A stretch of DNA of 64,000 nucleotides, from positions 64,001 to 128,000 of the forward strand of contig CAWJTV010000013.1 of assembly GCA_963845755.1 (NCBI GenBank). Direction: 5' to 3'. Every line of letters starts with the position of its first letter. The first letter of the stretch is position 1. This DNA is from an uncultured Planctomycetota bacterium. GTDB taxonomy: Bacteria > Planctomycetota > Planctomycetia > Isosphaerales > Isosphaeraceae. Below the pieces are notes generated by a model, which was given only the letters and a program-made list of their open reading frames with translations, did no database searches and was not told where the DNA came from. The translations under genes were made by a program, and so were the position numbers. Of the stretch, positions 56,814 to 64,000 are shown piece after piece.

Positions 56814-59800
56814 TCAATCCTGCGGCAGCAACGAGATCAACGAGGGCTTCTTCCTGCCTTCGCAGAAGTATAACGCTTTGAATCGCTCCATCTGCTTGAT
56901 CCTATCGATGAGTGCCGTTTCCTTGTCCGAGCCGGCGACATGGCGCATCAACGCCTTCGCGTCCGCCTCGGTCAACCGCAGCACAAGATAGTTCGCAATC
57001 GCCGAGAAGAGTGATATGTTGAAGTCCTTGGCTTCTTGTGAAGCAAGCACTAGCGATATACCATACTTTCGACATTCCTTGGCCATGGTGGGGATCAGTC
57101 TCAATCGAGCGGTGCGATGGGGCCGTTGAACATGACGGCGTGCGTGATTCGAGATTGATGCCCCTGCGGAACATGTCCTTGTAGAGGCCGTAGAACACGA
57201 GGGACGAAAAGGCCTTCTGCAAATTGTCATTCTGTGTCGTGTGTATGCGGATCACAGTTGGATTGTCGCTCTCCCACAAGCACTCTCGAGACTCGGCGAG
57301 ATCGAAGAAGCCATAGTCGCCAAGTTCTCCGAGGCGTGCCAGGAGGGTTTGTAGGCCCCGGTCCGGCTTTGGCTCGCCTGCGCAGGATCTCCACAAATCG
57401 CCCGAATTCCGGCTCGCACAGCCCCGACAGAAGGGCGCTCGGATGCTCCTATTTCTCCCTCAACGAAACTCTTTTTGATAGCTGCGCGGATGCTCCCCCT
57501 GAATATCTCCGATTTCAGGGAAGATCGCGACGAAAATATCGCGGAGCCCGCCTGCCACATCGAGATAAGCCAGGCGAGTCGGCTTTCCGACCGACGGCAG
57601 CACCCCAGACCGTTCTCGCACTTCGACAGCGTTCACTTTGCGATGCAAAGCTAAGAGTCTGTTCCCGTAAGTCTATCCTGAGCCCCCGGATGGGGGCGAA
57701 AGACGCGCAGCGCGGGCGTGACGCCCCTCGGACGCGGGAAGTTCCTTCGTTCTGGTAAACGAAAGCCGCCGACTCCGCCTTCGCGGCGAACGCGGCGGAC
57801 AACCCGGCCATCGCAAGGCGTTCTGCGCCCTTGGTCCCTCCCGAGGAGCTCCGATCGTCCACCGATCGTCGGCCCGGGGCCTGTCGTCGCTGCGGCCATG
57901 CGCTGCACGGCGAAGGTCCCACACCCTTGATCGATCAGGTCGCCGACCTGCCCCGGATCGAGCGACTCGTGGACGAATACCGGCTGCATCGGCTCGCTTG
58001 TCCGGACTGTGGGACGACCACGTGTGCGACCCTCCCCGAGGGGGTCTCCACCAGCCACTTCAGCCCGTACACTCAGGCCGTGCTGGCGACCCTGGCCGGC
58101 GCCTACCGCCTCAGCAAGCGGCAGATCCAGCAACTCGACGGCGATCTGATGGGGCGGTCGATCTCCACCGGGATCATCTCCAAGCTGGAAGCGCAACCGG
58201 CCGCCGTGCTGGAGGCCCCCTATAACGATGCCGGCCGTCGCCGTCCACACGGCGGAGGTGATCCATGCCGACGAGACCTCCTGGCGGGAGGAGCGGCGCA
58301 AGGCCTGGCTTTGGGCGGCGGTGACCGCGATGTTCACCGTCTTCACCATCGCCCGCAACCGCACCGCCAAGGTGGCCCGAGCGGTCCTGGGGACGCACGA
58401 CGGCTCGATCGCGGTGACCGACCGTTGCAGTTCCTACGACTGGATCGCCGCGGCCGGCCGGACCTGCTGGAGCCATCTCCGCCGCGATTTCCAGGCGATG
58501 ATCGACCGCGGCGGGGCGGCCGAACTGATCGGCCGACGACTGTTGAGGCTGTCGGATCGGTTGTACCTCTGGTGGCATCGCCACGAGGCCGATCGGTGGA
58601 TCGGGGGCGATTCTGCGCGATGATTACCCGGGTGAGGCGCGAGGTCAAAGCGGCGCCGGACGACGGTCGCGGCGCGGATGTCCGCGGATGCACGGGATGT
58701 TGCCGAGAATCCTGCGTGTGGAGGGGAGCTTGTGGACCTTTGCGGGTCGAGGGGGTGCCTCCCGACAACAATGCGGCAGTGTGCCGAGCGGCACGCCGTG
58801 ATCTGGCGGCGGATCAGCGGGGGGACCGACAGGCGCAGGGGAGCCGGTTCGTCGAGCGGATGTTGACCGTGGTGGCCACGTGCTCGTCAGCAGGGACGAG
58901 ACGTGCTGGGCTACCTGACATCGTGCATTGAACCGGCTCGGAGCAACCAATCGATCCCCTCCCTCGTCCCGGTGACTCCACCAAAGATCGAGGCCGCCTA
59001 ATTCCAGCTATCACGCCCCATGAACGGGTACGCAGAGACTCCACTTGCTCACGGATTCGCTCGAGGATTTCCGGGTCTTCGCGAGCGTTGCGGAGATGCC
59101 GCCGATACTTGACCTCGATGAATCGGAAATGCAGCCCTTTGCGTGGGATCGCCGACACATAGATGAGATCTGGACGCGCTTTCCTTCTCGCCCCTGCCGC
59201 CACCCTTCGGTGCTAGAGGTGGAAGTAGGTCACGAACATCATCGACAGGTACGATGAAGCCGGCTGTGAGCGGCAGCCAGCAGTCGCAGCTATCGGTTGC
59301 CGTTGACTATTTAGGGCTGAGCGGAAGAGCAATCAGCCCGGAAGTCGGCGCCTTCGGTCCCGTAAGACGGATCGCCAATCGACAGCTGAGTGCTTTGAGA
59401 TGCTCAAAGAGAAATTCGGCGTTTCGAAGACTATGGCTAAGACCCATCGGATCGAGTGCGCTATTGAGTAGATACCGGACCTCTTCCAGGTTGCTGGTCG
59501 AAGTAATCAACTGGAGGCAGCCCAAGTCTTCGCGTTCCGGGACGCAGTCGATCACATAGGCATCGTAGATTTCCTTGCTTTCCTTGCTATCCCCTGGGGA
59601 ATTGAAATACTCAATACCTGCATTCCGATCGAAGGTGATGACCCAATCACACATTCTGTGAAGGGTCTTGAGGCTTTCTGCCTTCTCTCGGGAAATCTCC
59701 GTCCTTAATGCCAACAGATCGCCCTCGGCGTCGATGCTTCGAGCTACGCACTTTTGAATGACTTGCTGCAAGCGGACCAGACGCTCGGTATGTGTCCGGT

Positions 59801-62501
59801 CGGATGGGTGCTTTTCGCCATCGTTCCAATGGGGAACTGTACTTCGCCATAAAGGCGAGGGAGTGCTTGCGAATTCCCGTTCGAAGAAGGAGAGGAGGCC
59901 GAAGGCGTAGAATGGCCTGGGTTTCGCGGTCTGCTCCTTACCTTGGGGAGCCACACGGGACTCGAACGTATCGAAGGCAACCGCAAGATGTGCCGCGGTC
60001 TCTGGGGCTTGCTCACTCTTGCGAGCCCAGCGCAGCCTTGGCAGGTTTACCCCGCCCGGCAGGCTCAGTGACTCCAGCATCCAGAGGTCCTCTCGGGACA
60101 GCATACCCGCTCCGCTACGTCGTTTCTCCCTAGCCTCTGCGATGAATCGCCCTGCAACTGCACGCTGTTCCTGTGACGGATAGAGCTCCAACACGAAAGC
60201 CGGGGCTTTCGTCACCGCGTCCTCATTTAGGTCTTCGTCCGCGCCTTGGCGATATCGCTCATAAACACCGCCGAGCGAGCGTGCCACCGTAAGGCCATCA
60301 CCCGCCCTGAGGGCGTGGATATGGAGGAGTTTCGGCGTGTCGTGGCATTCCAGATACTTGAAGATCTCATTCCCCAGAACTTGATGCTCTTTCTTCCCCA
60401 CTGTCGGCACCGCATCCGCCGTTTCGCTTTCCCCCAATGCCCTCGCGAGAATCGCTATGGCGGCCTTTGGTTCTTTGTCGCAATCGAGAACCATGCCCAC
60501 GGAATGGAAGCCAAGCGTGTCGGCGAAGACGAAGGAACTCCCGCTCTCCAGACCCGGCAGGAACGCTGGAAACATCGCGCCGTCCAGGACCGAAAACTCC
60601 TCCCGAATCTCCTTGGGAGATGCGTGCTGTTCAAAGGCCGCATGGAGCACAAGGTTGTCAAATGCCACGTGCCAGGCCACTGCGCAGCGGGTGGCTCGGC
60701 AAGACTATCAACCCAATGGTCCGACCCGAAAGAGACTGCACCTCAACTGTATTTGCGACCGCCAATGACGGCTCGCCTTCCTCCAGGAGCGCGGCCCATG
60801 CAAGGAGGTACTCCTTCACAATCGTATCGAATATCTTCGATTTCTCATCGTAGACTTGACCGACACCCCCGCCACAGGCTGCGAACCGTTCCGCCATGTG
60901 CCGGCTCGCGACTGCCGCCCGATCCCAGAGTGGTTCCCACAAAGTCCCGGATGAGGATTCGGCACGTACAAACGGAAAGAGCTCCGCTTCACCGGCCCGC
61001 GAGCCGGAGGCTCGCACTTTGACTCTGCCACGCGCCCGATCGCTCCCCCTTTTTCAGTCCATTGCTTTTCCACCTCATCGATCAGGGGTGGTCGAAAGAC
61101 CCGAAAGTTCTTGCCGTGCTCCGGAGTTCGCAACAAGACGAATCCTTTGGAATCCACGGATGGAGTTGTAGCGGAAGTGGCAAGAACCGAAATCATCTCA
61201 CGATCGGCGAGCTTGATGAGTCCCTCGCTGAAAGACCGCACCTTCTCCCCGATCCCGCCTCTATCGCGTTCGGGCGGCTGACCGAACTTAACGATAAATT
61301 CCTCGCTCTCCCGCTTGATGGAGTCGTTCCCGATGACCGAAACGACCACCCTGGCTGAGATCACGCATCCTCGCTCAACATAGAGAAGTCATCGTTACTG
61401 AATCGGCATTTCTCTTCCTTCTTCCCGGAATGCGACACCTCCCGGGAGGCAAGCTCCTCATCCATGTCCGTCAGGATGACGACGCGGTAGTCAACCGCGT
61501 TTTCCTTCAAGTTCTCGGGTCTGCGCTTTCCATTTCACTTCGAGTTTGCTGTAATCGCCCGTCTTCTCGGCCTCCGAGTTCAGGATCAGCTCCGGCGGAC
61601 CATCAGGGGCCCCCTCCAATCCGCACCACTTTGTGATATTGCCTGCGCTGGTTCGCCACGGTGAAAGGTCGATGCTCTGAATGGCCTGACCGGCCTCTTC
61701 AAGCCGTAATGCGTTGACCCAGAGGTGCTTCTTGTCGGCGAGTTCCGTCAACGCGGGAAGAAGACGCTTCGTGGCCGCCGATCGTAAGAACCGCTCCAGG
61801 TCCGTAATCTGCTGCTCGGAAGGAGTCATCAGCTTCAGAGCTTCAATCCGTCGCGCAGGAGTGAGTCCGGAGACTGCCGTTCCCAAGAGGCGATCCACGA
61901 ACATCCGAGAGTCATCCAATTCTTCGGCCCCCACTGATTCGTCGGATCCATGGACCGGCCAGAGGCCGATCATGTTCAAGAGTTCCCTCGGATGCTTCTT
62001 GTCCGCTGCGATACGGACGAGGAAATCGAACTCAGCCCAGAGCGAAATGCTAAAACGGCGGCCGTGTCCGCGTCGCCTTCTTCACCGCTCGTTCTGCATA
62101 CTCACGGGTGTCGCGAGAAAGACGGTGGGTAACCTCGCTTCTCGCTATTCGAACTGCCTCTGTGAATAGGCTCGCCTCGTTGACCTCCCGGGCTGCGCGA
62201 TAGATGCCATCCATGCCGGCGCCGGCCTTTGCCGTGTCCACGAGCAAGAGCGACGCCTCGCCCTTCGTCTCGCGGATCTCGACGGCGCGGTCGGCTGTAA
62301 TCGTGCGTGTGCCCTCATCGTCCGCGTCCGCCACACGACTCACCTGCCAGCCAGACGGGGCAAACAAAGCATCGCGAGCGATCGCATCTACGATGTCAGG
62401 AGTCAGGCATGCACAAAGGCCATGGACCCCGCTTCGTGCTTGCCCAGCACATTGTCGAAGGCGTCTCGAAGGATCGTCGCGTGAAGTTCAGTCCATTCCA
62501 T
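56814..62501 (-). pseudogene. Large defence ATPase/nuclease, MADS Mad8-like (DptH/HerA-related), fragmented and IS66-disrupted
   Basis: N-terminal ITADRAVEIRETKG..LLLVDT..AGAGMDGIY; PD..EVK nuclease-like motif near 59110-59180; HerA-like C-terminus KECRKYGISLVLASQ. Family name from recall. Confidence 0.65.
57625..59031 (+). mobile_element. Degenerate IS66-family (ISBst12-like) element
   Basis: GGQPGH, CRRCG, CPDCG, IHADETSW, VTDR, CWSHLRRDF, PDNNAA. Right end TGAACGGGTAC; left end degenerate and approximate. Confidence 0.85.
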
Positions 62502-64000
62502 GCTCGTCCTCCGTATGGCTCTCGAAGCGAGGCCGCAAGTGTTTCATTGTCTCGGCATCGTTGACGCCCACAAGCAGCCCCAGATCACGGAGGCGGCGTT
62601 CCAGGAAAGTGCGATTTGCTCGCAGGAGATCATTCGAAACTGGCATACCCTGCGGAGCTTCATCAACGCAAAAACCATAACGCTCTTTGAGCCGGCCAAT
62701 GAAGTCCTTAAGCGAGCGAGGCTGTACACCCGGCTTGTTTCCGCTTCGCAACACGTAACGGTGCACGAGATAATCAAGCACCGAATCTGAAAAGAGGAGC
62801 CAACGAACCTCACTCCGCTTCCTGACCGCACTCCCGAAGACGTTGCGCACAGCCGTTCTCTTCATGGCAAGGCCGTTCGGACGTCCTATAAGCAACGATG
62901 AGTCAATCACCGAGATCACGTTGCCCTGTGTGCTCTTGCGGCCCTGCAACGAGGTGAGTGACTCGGCGATGCGAAAACCGGGTTAGGCTGGCTTCCGCTG
63001 TTCAGCAATATCTGCGCAGACTCAGGGTAGTCCTCCTTCAACCTATCAGCGAGCTCCTCTGCCTTCTGTTCCAAGCTATAGAGGATCGGTCGCGCCTCTG
63101 GACGCCGCTCATGAAGCAGCTCGCCCAGCATGTTGAGCCACTCGGTGGCGAAAGGCGTGGTTCTAATCCCGAGCGTCTTTATCTTCCGATCGTATCTCGC
63201 ACTCCAGTCGAGCAGCCGAAGCGCCATGAGAACCACAGGAAACCGTTCGGTTCGACGCATGAAGTCATCGAACGACTGCTCGGCAAGTGTTCTCAGTTGG
63301 CCGGCAACTCCGTTGGAGCAGTCCACGAATAGGGAGGCGGGTTCTTGCTCGCATGCCTTCTGGATTACCCCTGACTCCGACCATGCGAACAGCATCTCAA
63401 TGACGCTCGTGAGGATCGTCGTCATCCCAACTGCCATGCACGATTCTAGGAGTTCAACGAAAGTGTGGCGAGGAATCCCGAAGCTTGCATAGGAGTGCAC
63501 GAAACGCCGTATATCCTCGGAGAAATGCCGCGCCGCTTTTTCAGCGATAGGACGCTGGTTTGAGATACGCACGTCTTCTTCTTTTCCTCGCAGCTTGGCC
63601 GGCGCCTCTCCCAGTTGCTTCGCCAGGCGTATCATCAGCAATTGGTCCAACCCGACGGGTGTCTCCTCATCGAAACGGTCCGACCTGAGACTGCTTGGTT
63701 CCCCGGGCTCATCGCGTCGGGTAATGCCCTGATGAAACGTGCGCGCAGCAGAACATTCTTTTCGAAACCTCTGCCCACGGCGAACAGATGCCTTCCACGT
63801 CTTGTTCCGCTCAATGCGGTCGCCCTTTTGGTCGGCCAGCATCGCAACAATCATCTCGGGGACATAACGAAGGTTCGCCACAGTCCCGGGAAGATCCACC
63901 CAGAACGCCATATAATGGGCTGGCGCGACTCGCTGGACCTGTCCTTCCTGCCCAGTGGTGCTTGGCGTTCTCCAGACAGAAGCACAGTAGTAAATCACCG
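62488..64000 (-). CDS. MADS Mad7-like (DptG-related) protein, partial and frameshifted
   Basis: C-terminus DSVLDYLVH...F...LKERYGF...LERRLRDLGLLVGVNDAE; overlaps the start of the Mad8-like gene; lower GC than host. Confidence 0.62.

Overview
GC-rich bacterial DNA. Gene content points to a planctomycete, probably Isosphaeraceae-like: ECF sigma with a long C-terminal tail, Ser/Thr kinase-TPR, DUF4058 and secreted proteins with an LE(P/S/D)RxLLS motif. Many ordinary genes are split by single-base indels, most likely long-read errors, so CDS limits below are reconstructed across frameshifts. From left to right: an ArsR-SRPBCC-DinB-serine hydrolase-DUF899 operon, an ABC exporter pair, M13 peptidase, ECF sigma, an RbfA-like gene, an AAA ATPase/TOPRIM-like pair, phosphodiesterase, ybaK, yjbQ, a CAP protein, PL11 lyase, two GT-C glycosyltransferases, a kinase split by a clean IS4 insertion (10-bp TSD), parDE, an ECF41 operon, yciH and a methyltransferase between inverted MITE copies, M28 peptidase, a PIN TA pair, and a lower-GC degraded MADS-like (Mad7/Mad8, DptG/H-related) defence locus hit by IS66. 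The most notable hidden signals are: (1) a gene at 42573-43806 (-) with an in-frame UGA in a CxU motif followed by a SECIS-like hairpin, i.e. a candidate secreted SelN-like selenoprotein that ORF callers split; (2) a candidate ~180-nt sigma54-dependent small RNA at ~22616-22793; (3) near-identical sigma54 promoters in front of two LExRxLLS secreted-protein genes; (4) a 62-bp direct repeat bracketing the kinase/parDE segment. No rRNA, tRNA or CRISPR array was seen. Family names come from motif recognition, not database searches.
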